A stretch of 64,000 nt of DNA from the NCBI GenBank assembly GCA_965261595.1, contig CBDHDG010000007.1, positions 288,001 through 352,000 of the forward strand. The letters are read 5' to 3'. The first letter of the stretch is position 1, and each line of letters begins with the position of its first letter. The DNA is from a bacterium (GTDB taxonomy: Bacteria; UBA8248; JACPRG01; G963555815). Positions 27,704 through 37,440 of this stretch are shown one piece after another. A program made the translations under genes and the position numbers. The notes under the pieces were generated by a model. The model was not told the origin of the DNA. It saw only the letters and a program-made list of their open reading frames with translations, and searched no databases.

Positions 27704-28132
27704 ATGACCATGCCGGACATCAAACCGCATTTGAAGCTGACGCAAGATGGGGCCCTGAAGATTTTGAACGCGGCCATCCAAAAGGCGGATGAAATGGGCC
27801 AGCCGCAGTGCATCGCCGTCGTGGACGACGGGGGGCACCTGCTGGCGTTCGTCCGGATGGACGGGGCGAAAGTCATGAGCATCGATTCTTCAACGCGGAA
27901 AGCGATGACGGCGTCTTCGAGCCGCGTCCCCACCAGCGGGGTGTCGAAGGACAACGAGCTGAAGCTCGCCCACGCCACAAGCGGCAAACTGACGAACCTG
28001 AAAGGCGGCCTCCCCATCATCATCGACGGTCACGTCGTCGGAGGGATCGGCGTCGGCTCCGGGACGGGCGAACAGGACCTCGAAGTCGCCAAAGAGGCGC
28101 TGAAGGCGGTGGAAGGGACGCAGGAGTTTTAA
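27704..28132 (+). CDS. GlcG/HbpS heme-binding family protein
   Basis: IAVVDDGG..LAFVRMDGA, KAMTA, GGLPI...GGIGVGSG. Confidence 0.9.
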   Translation: MTMPDIKPHLKLTQDGALKILNAAIQKADEMGQPQCIAVVDDGGHLLAFVRMDGAKVMSIDSSTRKAMTASSSRVPTSGVSKDNELKLAHATSGKLTNLKGGLPIIIDGHVVGGIGVGSGTGEQDLEVAKEALKAVEGTQEF

Positions 28133-29825
28133 CCCGCATTTCCCATATGGATGATAATTTTTAACGCCCCGAAGGCCGTTTTCTCGTGTAAAATCAAAGT
28201 GTTGGCCTCTCCCTGCCATCATCTTGCGAGGGGACCCGATGGGTGAAGCGAAAAAGAGGCCGTTGAGGCTCCAATTCGACGGTCGGCTCAGGCTGGAGTT
28301 TCACGGAGCAAAGGTTACGAGTGACGCCGGTTTGCTTGCCTATCGTGAACTGGATGAGGTGTTGGGGCTGACGAAGGCGGCCGAGGGGTTTCTGTCCGAT
28401 TCACGGACGGGCGGGAACACCCGGCACAGCCTCACCGCTTTGGTGCGCCAGTCGGTCTACAGCCGCCTGGCAGGATATAAAGACACCAATGATGCCGAGC
28501 GGCTCTGTGTCGATCCCGCCATGCGTCAGGTGGTTGGGGGGCGAGCGAAGTATCACACCGCTGCCTCCACCAGCCAGATGAGCCGATTCGAGACGCAGAC
28601 CCTCACCCGGCCCCTTAACCTCAAGGCGCTGAGCGGTCTGCCCGGTGTGTTGGTGGATCGTGTCCGCAAACGCAAGCCGATTCGCAAGCTGATCCTGGAC
28701 ATGGACAGTTCGGTCAGCCCGACCCACGGTGAGCAGGAAGGCTCTTCCTACAACGGCCACTTCGGCTGCACCTGCTATCACCCACTGTTTTGCTTCAACC
28801 AGTTTGGCGATCTGGAGCGGGCGCTGTTGCGCAACGGCAAGGTCCACAGCGCTGATGACTGGTGGTCTGTATTGGAGCCGGTGGTAGCTCGCTACCGGGA
28901 TGCGAAGGTCTGTCGGTTTTTTCGAGGCGACGCGGCATTTGCCAAGCCGGAGGTGTACCGATACCTTGAGGCGGAGGGCTACTCCTATGCGATTCGGCTT
29001 CCGGCCAACGCCATCTTGTACAGGGACATCGAATGCCTTCTGACCCGGCCGGTTGGCCGACCGCCCAAAAGGCCCATTATCTTCTACCACAGCGTCTCCT
29101 ATCAGGCGGCTAGTTGGGAGAAGCCTCGCCGGGTGGTGGTGGCGGTCGAGTGGCACCAGGGCGAGTTGTTTCCAAGAGTCAGCTTCATCGTGACCAACCT
29201 GCACTGGCGGGAAGAGAACGTCGTGAGGTTCTACAACCAGCGTGGGACGGCGGAGCAGTGGATCAAGGAGGGCAAGTACGCCCTGAACTGGACGCGCCTG
29301 TCCTGCCACGGCTTTGAAGAGAACCAGGTCCGCTTGCAACTATTTGCCTTGGCGTACAACCTGGCAAACTTCCTGCGGCGGCTGGCGTTGCCCAGAGCGG
29401 TGAAGCACTGGTCGCTGACGACGTTACGCGAGAAGCTGATTAAGATTGGGGCCAAGGTGGTCACCCACGCCCGGTACACCACCTTCCAGATGGCCGAGGT
29501 GGCCGTGCCGCGTCAACTGTTCAGGGCAATCCTTGAACGAATTCGACGGTTGTGGTTACCGCCTCCCGTACCAGATACCGGATGACGGAGCAGATGGCCC
29601 GGAAGCTTAGTGACGTGGTGGAGACGGGGGATCAGTCTGCGCCGAACTCCCCTGAGTGTGCCGGTAGAGCTGGGTTTTCAAGGGATTGCGGCTTTAGGAC
29701 GGCCGTTGCCCCTCGATTGAGCAGAGGGTTCTGCAAAGAGACCCTGAATCTGTAGTAAAATGGGGTACTTTGATGACACAGGAGGACCGCAGGATGGCTA
29801 AGAGTGGTCATCTGGGAAATCCCGG
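28133..29825 (+). mobile_element. IS1380-family insertion sequence
   Basis: IRL CCCGCATTTCCCATATG, IRR CATCTGGGAAATCCCGG; TTTAA direct repeat at 28128-28132 and 29826-29830. Confidence 0.93.
28239..29585 (+). CDS. IS1380-family DDE transposase
   Basis: [38 protein letters not shown]. Confidence 0.95.
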   Translation: MGEAKKRPLRLQFDGRLRLEFHGAKVTSDAGLLAYRELDEVLGLTKAAEGFLSDSRTGGNTRHSLTALVRQSVYSRLAGYKDTNDAERLCVDPAMRQVVGGRAKYHTAASTSQMSRFETQTLTRPLNLKALSGLPGVLVDRVRKRKPIRKLILDMDSSVSPTHGEQEGSSYNGHFGCTCYHPLFCFNQFGDLERALLRNGKVHSADDWWSVLEPVVARYRDAKVCRFFRGDAAFAKPEVYRYLEAEGYSYAIRLPANAILYRDIECLLTRPVGRPPKRPIIFYHSVSYQAASWEKPRRVVVAVEWHQGELFPRVSFIVTNLHWREENVVRFYNQRGTAEQWIKEGKYALNWTRLSCHGFEENQVRLQLFALAYNLANFLRRLALPRAVKHWSLTTLREKLIKIGAKVVTHARYTTFQMAEVAVPRQLFRAILERIRRLWLPPPVPDTG

Positions 29826-29848
29826 TTTAAATCAAGACAACTCTTGTA

Positions 29849-30434
29849 TTGACCACCCGTTGCTCTTTAACTCAATTAGAGCCCTCTTTACCGGGGCTGT
29901 CAACACCATTTCGGGCGCCTGAAACCCTGATCGGAGCGGTATCCGCCATTGGAAAACCATGTCAGCGCCGGCGTGTAAACGGGCTTGACCACCAGGTTTG
30001 GAGTCTTCGTCATTTTGCCCTTGTGTGGACTCCGCTTAGGGTCGCTAGACAGGCACCGGGCATCATCGCTTGATTCTCTCCAAGATAAGGGCAAATGTCT
30101 TCCTGGATACACCGACCTCGGCCAACTGGAAGGTGATGTGGCGGGCGTACCGCACGAGCCGGCCGCCCATTTTGAGGAGCTTAAGCTGAAGGCCGCGTAA
30201 CGACCAGTGCTTGATCCCTCTCGGCAGGCCAGCAATCCCGCATCCGAAGTCATTCTGGTTCCGTGAAACTCAAGCCTCAGCCGACGCTCAAAACGGACCT
30301 TCAACGCCCACTTTTTCGCTTCACCCATTGGATTACCCCGCGAGAGGATGGCTCGGGGAGGCTCATGCATTGATTTTACTCCAGAAAATGTCCTCCGGTC
30401 CGACAAAAGTTATGATCCATATGGGATATCTGGG
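29849..30434 (-). mobile_element. Internally deleted IS1380 relative
   Basis: IRL CCCAGATATCCCATATG at 30434; transposase N-terminus (MGEAKK...TSDAGLLA) joined out of frame to C-terminus (HWSL...FQLAEV). Confidence 0.85.
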
Positions 30435-30742
30435 TTAAACCGAATCTCACGCCGGGGCATACGCCCTGACGGGGCGGGGGGGGGCGAGGGAGTCGCTTGC
30501 CTTTTTGAGACTTGCCCATTCTTGCCGGTGAGGATTCCCGGGGAACAGTGTAGCGCGCCCTTGCGCTGCGCCGCTTATGTCAGATGGCTTGCAAATCACA
30601 CGTGAGCCGATTCCTCGCTATTCCCGGTGGCGCCTTTCTGATTCTCCCCACCATCCATACAATATATCATTACAAATCAATAGGTTAATAAGACATCACT
30701 CGGGATCAATGATTCGGCTTCAAAAATAACCCATCTTTTTTC

Positions 30743-30800
30743 TTGACTAAATCAAACGAACGTTTATATTATCAAACAAGTGATTGAAACAATCGTTTCA
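30743..30800 (+). promoter_or_regulatory. Promoter with three PsrA/TetR-type operators
   Basis: TTGACT-N16-TATATT; TCAAAC-N4-GTTTAT, TCAAAC-N4-GATTGA and perfect TGAAAC-N4-GTTTCA. Confidence 0.75.
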
Positions 30801-30853
30801 CTCAGTTCATCCGTTTCACACAGGCTGAAATGCCAAAGCAAAGGAGAAACAAA

Positions 30854-31177
30854 ATGAAGACGGCAAAGATTTTCAAGGCGATCGCCCTTTCGACGCTGCT
30901 CCTGGCCGGGACAACCGGCGCGGCCCTGGCCGAGGGGCCGATCTCCGGCGAACCCTATCCGGGGTTCTTCGAGGGCGTGGTGATACAGGCCGACGGCCCA
31001 GTGGCGAAATTCCAGGTGGCCAGCGAGGCCCCGGGGCGGTTGGTGGAGGTCGAGGGCGGGACGATCCGCGTCAACGGGCTGAGCGCGGTTGCACTCGCGG
31101 AAATCCTGCCTCAAGCGTTCATCGGGCTGCCGGTTGACGCCGACGCCGATTCCACGGCCGTCGCCCGAGTCAACTGA
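30854..31177 (+). CDS. Secreted hypothetical protein, paralog A
   Basis: AAGGAG RBS; Sec signal ending AALA; similar to 31436..31795. Confidence 0.8.
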   Translation: MKTAKIFKAIALSTLLLAGTTGAALAEGPISGEPYPGFFEGVVIQADGPVAKFQVASEAPGRLVEVEGGTIRVNGLSAVALAEILPQAFIGLPVDADADSTAVARVN

Positions 31178-31280
31178 TCGCCGACTCAATTCACCCAACG
31201 GGGTATCCCGCCGCGAAGGGACCGGGCGCCCAATCGGGCGTCCCGGCCTCTTTCCGGCAGTCAACAAAGGAGCCGATTTC

Positions 31281-31403
31281 ATGACGGAAGCCTACATTTC
31301 CATTTTGCAAAGCCTGTTCGTATTCGCCTCAAGCGGCGCCTTGGGTCTCCTTCTCTGGGGCGCCTATCAGGACGGGCGATGCCAAAATTCCGAGGATTGC
31401 TGA
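31281..31403 (+). CDS. Small single-TM peptide (40 aa)
   Basis: AAGGAG RBS; hydrophobic ILQSLFVFASSGALGLLLW. Confidence 0.5.
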   Translation: MTEAYISILQSLFVFASSGALGLLLWGAYQDGRCQNSEDC

Positions 31404-31435
31404 ACCGATAACCTCTATCCGTAAGGAGATTCAGG

Positions 31436-31795
31436 ATGCAAGTGAATAAGACATTCAGGGCAATAGCGCTGAGCGGATTGTTTCCAGGTTATACGGCTCC
31501 GAAAGCCGCCGGACTTCTTCTTGCTGGTGTCGCCGCCGCCGCACCGGCTCAGGAGTCTTTGGTTTCCGGAGCGCCCCATCCGGAATTTTTTGGAAGCGTC
31601 CCGAGTGAGGCCGAGGGTCCGGTCACGGCCGATATCGTCGGCCACGGTGAGGGCGATTCCTCGAAGGTTGTCCGGAAAACCATCCGGATAGGGGCCGAAA
31701 ATGGTGTAGAATTAACAGAGGTTTACCCGGAGGCGTTCATCGGCCTGCCAGTGGAGGTCGAGGGAGCCGACACCACCATTGCCGAAGCCAAGTGA
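31436..31795 (+). CDS. Secreted hypothetical protein, paralog B
   Basis: AAGGAG RBS; shares SG.P.P.FF...A.GPV...IR...L.E..P.AFIGLPV with paralog A. Confidence 0.75.
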   Translation: MQVNKTFRAIALSGLFPGYTAPKAAGLLLAGVAAAAPAQESLVSGAPHPEFFGSVPSEAEGPVTADIVGHGEGDSSKVVRKTIRIGAENGVELTEVYPEAFIGLPVEVEGADTTIAEAK

Positions 31796-31879
31796 TCGGA
31801 GGAAGCGCAGGCCTCCAGGCGCCCATTCGGGCGTCTGGAGGGCGGGACGCGATAACGGAGAGCAGACGGAGGGCGTCTG

Positions 31880-32320
31880 ATGGATCTTCTCATCACAACC
31901 TCTTATTCATGGCCGTTGCTTGTCATCCGAGTGTTCCTGGGTATGATCATGTTCGCCCATGGGGCCCAAAAACTCTTCGGGTGGTTCGGCGGCAGGGGGC
32001 TCAAGGGGACTTGCGCTTACATGAAAGAGGCGATGGGGATTCCACCGTTTCTGGCGTTCCTGGGCTCTCTGACGGAGACGTTCGGCGGGTTGGCGCTCTT
32101 TGCGGGGTTTCTCTCCCGGCCCGCGGCATTGGGAATCATCATCGTCTTGCTGACATCCATCTCGAAGTTCCACAAAGGAAACGGCTTTTTCATCAACTGG
32201 GCTCAGGTGGAAGGGAAAGGCCACGGCAGCGAGATGGACCTGGCGCTGCTCGGCATGGCCCTTGCTATCCTTATAGGCGGCAGCGGATTAATGTCGGCTG
32301 ATTTGGCCATTCTTTACTGA
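31880..32320 (+). CDS. DoxX family membrane protein
   Basis: RVFLGMIMFAHGAQKLFGWFGG, ETFGG, GFLSRPAA, GSE. Confidence 0.92.
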   Translation: MDLLITTSYSWPLLVIRVFLGMIMFAHGAQKLFGWFGGRGLKGTCAYMKEAMGIPPFLAFLGSLTETFGGLALFAGFLSRPAALGIIIVLLTSISKFHKGNGFFINWAQVEGKGHGSEMDLALLGMALAILIGGSGLMSADLAILY

Positions 32321-32372
32321 CGCGGACCTCCAGGAAAAAGGTGCGCGCCCCCACCCCATCCGGTGAAAGACA

Positions 32373-33075
32373 ATGATCACGATTCGCAAATCCGAAGACC
32401 GGGGCCAATTCGACCATGGATGGTTGGACACCTATCATACGTTCTCGTTCGGGGACTACCGCAATGCCAAGTTCTCCGGGTTCCGGAAGATGCGCGTTCT
32501 CAATGAGGACCGCATTCAGGCAAATCAGGGTTTTGGCCGGCATCCCCACCGCGACATGGAGAATCATTACCTACATCATCGATGGGGCGCTCTCGCAGAA
32601 GGACAGCATGGGACACGAGTCGGTCCTCCATCCGGGGGACGTCCAGCGAATGACCGCCGGAACGGGCGTGACGCACAGCGAGTACAACGACTCCAAGGTA
32701 GAGCCGGTCCACATCCTGCAAATCTGGATCCAGCCCGAGCGGGGGGGCATGGAGCCCGATTACGAAGAGAAGAATTTCCCCATTAGCGAAAGGCTCGGAG
32801 CATTCCGACTCATCGGCTCGCCCGACGGCCGGGAGGGCTCGATCACCATTCATCAGAACGTCAATCTATTGACGATTTCTCTGGAGCAGGGTCAGGAGAC
32901 GAAGCACCAGCCGCCGCCGAACCGTTACGGCTGGCTTCAAATCGTCCGGGGCTCGATGGAGTTAAACAACCGGAAACTCAAGGCCGGAGACGGAGCGTCG
33001 GTGGAGGCCGAGGAAACTCTTCGCCTGGTCGGAACAGGCGAGGAGAATGAAATCCTGTTCCTCGACCTGGCCTGA
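32373..33075 (+). pseudogene. Pirin (YhhW-like), +1 frameshift near 32562
   Basis: HGWLDTYHTFSF...HPHRDME in one frame, IITY...MTAGTGVTHSE...QIW in another; extra A in GAG-A-ATC. Confidence 0.85.
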
Positions 33076-33088
33076 CTCGCGCGTTGAC

Positions 33089-33147
33089 CCCCCTACCTCC
33101 CCCTCTCCCTCTCCCTCTCCCTCCCCCTCCTCCTCCCCCCTCCCCCG
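33089..33147. repeat. Polypyrimidine/polypurine tract
   Basis: Almost pure C/T run with CTCTCC units; many G-runs on the minus strand. Confidence 0.85.
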
Positions 33148-33217
33148 CCGCCTGATTCAGGCGAGCGAGGAATCGGCGGGTTCCGACTCGTGAAGCGGAC
33201 AATCGAGGACCGGCGCG

Positions 33218-33892
33218 ATGGCCGTCAAAGCGGATAAAAAATCCACAAGGGAGCGCATCCTGGATACGGCGGAGCGGATTTTCGCCGAGCAGGGTTTCGA
33301 CGCGTGCTCGATCCGTACGTTAACGACCGAGGCGGGGGTCAACCTGGCGTCGGTGAATTATCATTTCGGCTCGAAAGGGGGTCTCATCAAGGCGGTGTGG
33401 GAGCGGCGCGTGGCGCCCGTCAACCGGGAGCGGATCGCCATGTTGGACGCCGTCGAGGCGGCGGTCGAAGGCCCCCCGCCGTTGGAATCCGTCCTGGAGG
33501 CGCTTATTCGGCCTTTCCTTCGTATGATTCAGGACCCGGAGCACGGAGAGACAACCCGGCGCTTGTTCGGACGCGTTTTCGCCGAGCCCAGCCTGCGCGC
33601 GATAGTCTTCGAGGTGTACGAGGCTTTCTCCCGGCGTTTCGGCGATGCGTTCAAGCGCGCGCTGCCCGGCCTGCCGGCCGAGGACCTGTGTTGGAAAATT
33701 CACTTCGCCATCGGGGCCATCGACGCCGTCAATGATCCCGAGCGGTTGAGCTACATGTCTTCCACCTTGGGTTGCGGCCTCTGCCGGGAAGAGGACGAAA
33801 TCGTGGAGCGGCTGATTGCGTTCGTCGTAGCGGGGATGAAGGCCCCCGCCCACGCCGCCTCGGGTGAGCCCCTGACCACGGCCCTCCAATAG
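33218..33892 (+). CDS. TetR-family regulator, PsrA-like
   Basis: TRERILDTAERIFAEQGF...AGVNLASVNYHFGSK...VNRERIAML...LIAFVVAGM. Confidence 0.9.
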   Translation: MAVKADKKSTRERILDTAERIFAEQGFDACSIRTLTTEAGVNLASVNYHFGSKGGLIKAVWERRVAPVNRERIAMLDAVEAAVEGPPPLESVLEALIRPFLRMIQDPEHGETTRRLFGRVFAEPSLRAIVFEVYEAFSRRFGDAFKRALPGLPAEDLCWKIHFAIGAIDAVNDPERLSYMSSTLGCGLCREEDEIVERLIAFVVAGMKAPAHAASGEPLTTALQ

Positions 33893-33917
33893 CGGTCCTC
33901 GCCATGCCCCGGCGGAA

Positions 33918-34394
33918 TCAAATCCGCTTCCCTTCCGGCCGCACCAGGACGCAACCCCCGATCTTCCAGCCGCCTTCTTTCTGTCGCTCCATCATGTAGA
34001 GGGCGGTCACCTCTTCCCCGCCGGGGCCGACGACCCCCACCTTCTGGACCCATCGGCCGTTGGCCTTCACCAAGTCGAGGAACTCCACCCGCCGTGGCCG
34101 GTAGACCGCCTTGTAGCCGGTCCGGACCATTCGCATGAAGTTCTCGGCGGTCTCGAATTGACGCCGGATGCCCGGCGCCGCGTGCGAGAAGGCGGCCGCG
34201 CCGTCGTCCCGCCGGAACGCGGCCATCTGGTCCCGGATGATCTTTACAATGGCCGTCCGATCCGCCTCCGTGAGGGCCGATTGGGCCATGTCCCCGGGGA
34301 GCGCCGAGGACAACCCGTCGGCCCGGACCGCTTCTGGCCAAACCCATAGGGTCCAAAAGAGAAGCAACAAACATATGGGTTGGATTCGCTTCAT
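33918..34394 (-). CDS. Exported DUF4864-like protein
   Basis: Signal peptide; QMAAFRRDD...AFSHAAP...FMRMVRTGY...WKIGGC. Confidence 0.8.
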   Translation of the reverse strand: MKRIQPICLLLLFWTLWVWPEAVRADGLSSALPGDMAQSALTEADRTAIVKIIRDQMAAFRRDDGAAAFSHAAPGIRRQFETAENFMRMVRTGYKAVYRPRRVEFLDLVKANGRWVQKVGVVGPGGEEVTALYMMERQKEGGWKIGGCVLVRPEGKRI

Positions 34395-34477
34395 GGCTCC
34401 CCTCCTCCATCGTCCAAATTTCTCATCGACCGATCGTCCGGCGCTTCGCTTGGCGAGCAAGTCTCCATCGGTCGTTT

Positions 34478-34662
34478 GTACGGGCGGAGACCCCCTGCCT
34501 CCGCAGAGGGCAGGCTTAGCCCCGCCCCTACGTCGAAAAGACCCTGTTTGCCCGCTGTTTGAGCTTCTTGCGAAAGGGTGCGGCCCATAGGGCCGCACCC
34601 TTTCGCGAAACAAAAGTTTTCGAGGGGGGGTTGGGGGGACAGTTTTCAAAATGTCCCCCCAA
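34478..34662. repeat. Cluster of three palindromes (REP-like, 17-bp stem, 11-bp stem)
   Basis: GTACGGGCGG...CCGCCCCTAC; GCGAAAGGGTGCGGCCC-ATA-GGGCCGCACCCTTTCGC; TTGGGGGGACA...TGTCCCCCCAA. Confidence 0.75.
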
Positions 34663-34668
34663 GGTCTT

Positions 34669-35670
34669 CTAAAACCCGTCCGCGAAGGCATCGATCATCG
34701 CCTTGGGATCGTCCCCGAGGGGGTAGAGGATTGGGCACGTGCACCCGGATTCGCAGTATTGGCGAACCTTGGCGCGGCAGTCGTCGGCGTTGCCGGCCGC
34801 CGCGACCTTCTGGACGATGTCGTCCGTCACCAGGTGCTTCGCGTCCAGTAGTTTGGACTCGTCGGCGGGCCAGCCCACAATCTCGTTCACCGCGTCGATC
34901 AAATCCTGGGACACACCGCTGGCCTTCATGATGTGGGGTTGTTGGCCCAGGTAGAGCGTGACCATTTTCCGGGCGTTGTCCAAGGCCTTGTCGCGGTCCT
35001 CATCGAGCGAGCAGACGACGAGCTGGGGCCGGTCGATGTCTTCCACAGACCGGCCGGCCTTGGCCGCGCCTTTGGCGAGGGCCTCCATGGCCTGGGCGTT
35101 GTAGTCTTCGGAAACCAGGTAGTTGAGGCAGACGCCGTTGCCGATCTCCCCCGTCAGCTCCATCATCTTCATCCCCGTCGCACCGATGTAGATGGGGACG
35201 TTTCGCGGCTGGTCGCCCCCGTAGATCGGATCGATCTGGATGTCCTCGACGTTGACGTATTCGCCCTGGAACGTCACGTTCTCCATCCGGAGAAGGCGGC
35301 GGACAACCTCGACGATCTCCCGCATGGCGGTGAGGGGTTTCCTTCGCTTCACGCCCACCTTCGAGGCCAACGGCTCCCACCAAGCCCCGATGCCCAGGAT
35401 CACGCGCCCCGGGGCCAGATCATCCAGGGTGTAGAAGGTCTGGGCGATGAAGGCCGGATTGCGCGTCCACATGCTGATGACGCCCGAGGCCACCTTGATG
35501 CGGCTCGTGACCGCCGCAAAAGCGGCGAGGGGAATGGTGCACTCGCGGACCAGCCGGGATTCCGCCTGCCAAACCGCGTCAAAGCCCCGCTCCTCGGCGT
35601 ATTGGACAATTTTCATACCCTCACGGGGCGGATGGGCGTCCTGAAGATAGATGGCTACACGGTTCTGCAT
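34669..35670 (-). CDS. LLM-class (luciferase-like, Mer-like) flavin/F420-dependent oxidoreductase
   Basis: [40 protein letters not shown]. Confidence 0.88.
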   Translation of the reverse strand: MQNRVAIYLQDAHPPREGMKIVQYAEERGFDAVWQAESRLVRECTIPLAAFAAVTSRIKVASGVISMWTRNPAFIAQTFYTLDDLAPGRVILGIGAWWEPLASKVGVKRRKPLTAMREIVEVVRRLLRMENVTFQGEYVNVEDIQIDPIYGGDQPRNVPIYIGATGMKMMELTGEIGNGVCLNYLVSEDYNAQAMEALAKGAAKAGRSVEDIDRPQLVVCSLDEDRDKALDNARKMVTLYLGQQPHIMKASGVSQDLIDAVNEIVGWPADESKLLDAKHLVTDDIVQKVAAAGNADDCRAKVRQYCESGCTCPILYPLGDDPKAMIDAFADGF

Positions 35671-36152
35671 ACCGGTTCTCCAATTCGTTGAGCGCGGCCC
35701 GCCGGACCTTCGGACCGGGTCTCCGGAAGGGCTCCGTTTTGGCAAGGTTCTTTCCGCCGCCGCATCTGAAACCTGCCCATGGAATTCCCAACTGCGCCGA
35801 TTCGAGGGATCAGGTCCCATGGTCTTGATGCGAAATTATACCATGTGCGGGCCGTCTCACCGTCAGGGCAAACCGGCTCCCGGGATTCATCCGGCTTTAC
35901 CGTTCCGTCCGGAACACCCTTTGGTTTGATTTGGACTGTCAAATTCGAGAATTGGAAAGTTCGCAATGTTTGTCGGCTTTCATCATCACGTGAGAACTTT
36001 CAGATGTGTTCTTGGCGGAGGGGGGGATAATCGAAACCTGAATTGATGTTGCGCGGGCGACCTCGGAATTGTAAATAGTTGTCTTAACTCCCAGTTTCGC
36101 ACGACAGGCGTGTTCGACGGGTATCCGACTTCCATGATCAGGAGAGGGTTCA

Positions 36153-36365
36153 GTGACAGCGGGTACGGTGAAATGGTTCAGTGACGCAAAGGGTTATGGC
36201 TTCATTTCGCAGTCCGACGGTGACGATGTCTTCGTCCACCACACGCAAATTCAGGGTGAGGGTTTCAAGACGCTTGAGGAAGGCAACAACGTGACCTTCG
36301 ATATCACCGAAGGTCCAAAAGGCCTCCAGGCCTCGAATGTTCAAAAGACAGAGGGCGGCGAGTAA
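36153..36365 (+). CDS. Cold-shock protein (CspA family)
   Basis: GTVKWF, KGYGFI (RNP1), VFVH (RNP2), GPKGLQA. Confidence 0.96.
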   Translation: MTAGTVKWFSDAKGYGFISQSDGDDVFVHHTQIQGEGFKTLEEGNNVTFDITEGPKGLQASNVQKTEGGE

Positions 36366-36387
36366 AAAAATCCTGAAGACGAAGATA

Positions 36388-36420
36388 AATACGGCGGCCG
36401 TCACCGGTCGCCGTATTTTT
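36388..36420 (+). terminator. Intrinsic terminator
   Basis: AAATACGGCGGCCG-loop-CGGTCGCCGTATTTTT. Confidence 0.8.
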
Positions 36421-36453
36421 GCTTAGCGCCCAATTGAATCAACCGGGGGAATT

Positions 36454-37134
36454 TCACCCGGGCGCAAGGGCGGCGCGCTGACGTTCCAGGATGTGGGACA
36501 CAATCAGGTCACGGTCCCGCGGGGTCATGTCCGTGAAGTGGACGGCGGCCTCCCAGAGCGGCTTGCCCTCCTCGATGATCAAAACGCAGGTCCGAATCAC
36601 CTCCGCGATTCCGGAGACAAAGGCCGAACCGCCCTCTCCCACCAGCAGGCGAAACAGAACAAAAGCCTCGGCCTCAATCACGTATTTCGTGTAAAAACGG
36701 ACGCCGGCGCCGCTGAGGTCGTGAACCACACCCGAGCAGTACGGCCGACCGCTGTTTTGCTTCTGGGCCGGGAGCCGCGCAAGGCGCTCGTGCTCATCGG
36801 CCGAAAGAAGGCAGAACTCGATCCGGGATTCGTCTTCGATCCGGAACATCTCCCTGCGGTCCGCGCCCGACCCATCCGGATCCGCGCAGAAAATTCGCAG
36901 AAAACCCGGCGTCGACCCTCGCAAAATTTTTCCTTCCTTCGGCTGAATCCCTTTCCCGCCGTCGCGGCTGTGGATTTGAACCCGGTCGTCGGTGATCTCA
37001 TCCAGGTCCTCCGGAACGGGCACCAAGAGACGGGAACCTTCCTTGTGGAGAATTCTCGTCGTGTAGCGCAGGGATTTTTCCTTCACGGTGAATGTGAGGA
37101 TAACCGTATCTCCCTCGTGGAAAATCTCTTCCAT
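36454..37134 (-). CDS. PilZ-domain c-di-GMP receptor (YcgR-like)
   Basis: RREMFR (RxxxR) and DLSGAG (DxSxxG). Confidence 0.82.
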   Translation of the reverse strand: MEEIFHEGDTVILTFTVKEKSLRYTTRILHKEGSRLLVPVPEDLDEITDDRVQIHSRDGGKGIQPKEGKILRGSTPGFLRIFCADPDGSGADRREMFRIEDESRIEFCLLSADEHERLARLPAQKQNSGRPYCSGVVHDLSGAGVRFYTKYVIEAEAFVLFRLLVGEGGSAFVSGIAEVIRTCVLIIEEGKPLWEAAVHFTDMTPRDRDLIVSHILERQRAALAPG

Positions 37135-37440
37135 CCTTCGCTCCTCTTTCGCTACACAAGAATCAGCTTTCCCGGTCCTGAATTCGAATGTTGCAAAAGG
37201 GATACCAAGGCCGCCTATTCAGAACGTCCGGCTCGTGTCCAGGCCACACCGCCCGGAGCCTTGCCCAACCGATCCGGCCCCGCATGTCGCAAAAGCGGGG
37301 CGCTGTATCAAAATTCGTCCCCGCATGTCATTCCGGCCGACCCGGAGAGGGCGCGATGGATTTTCTCCCCGGGGCGCATGATTTTTGGGTATGCTTCATG
37401 TTCGATTCCAGACATCGATTGATGGGGGAGGATAGATAAC

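Noticed and set aside
35700..36150. Long leader before the cold-shock gene (also 54830-55046) as a riboswitch or ncRNA
   Set aside because: No recognisable conserved riboswitch motif by eye; an Rfam/Infernal scan would be needed.
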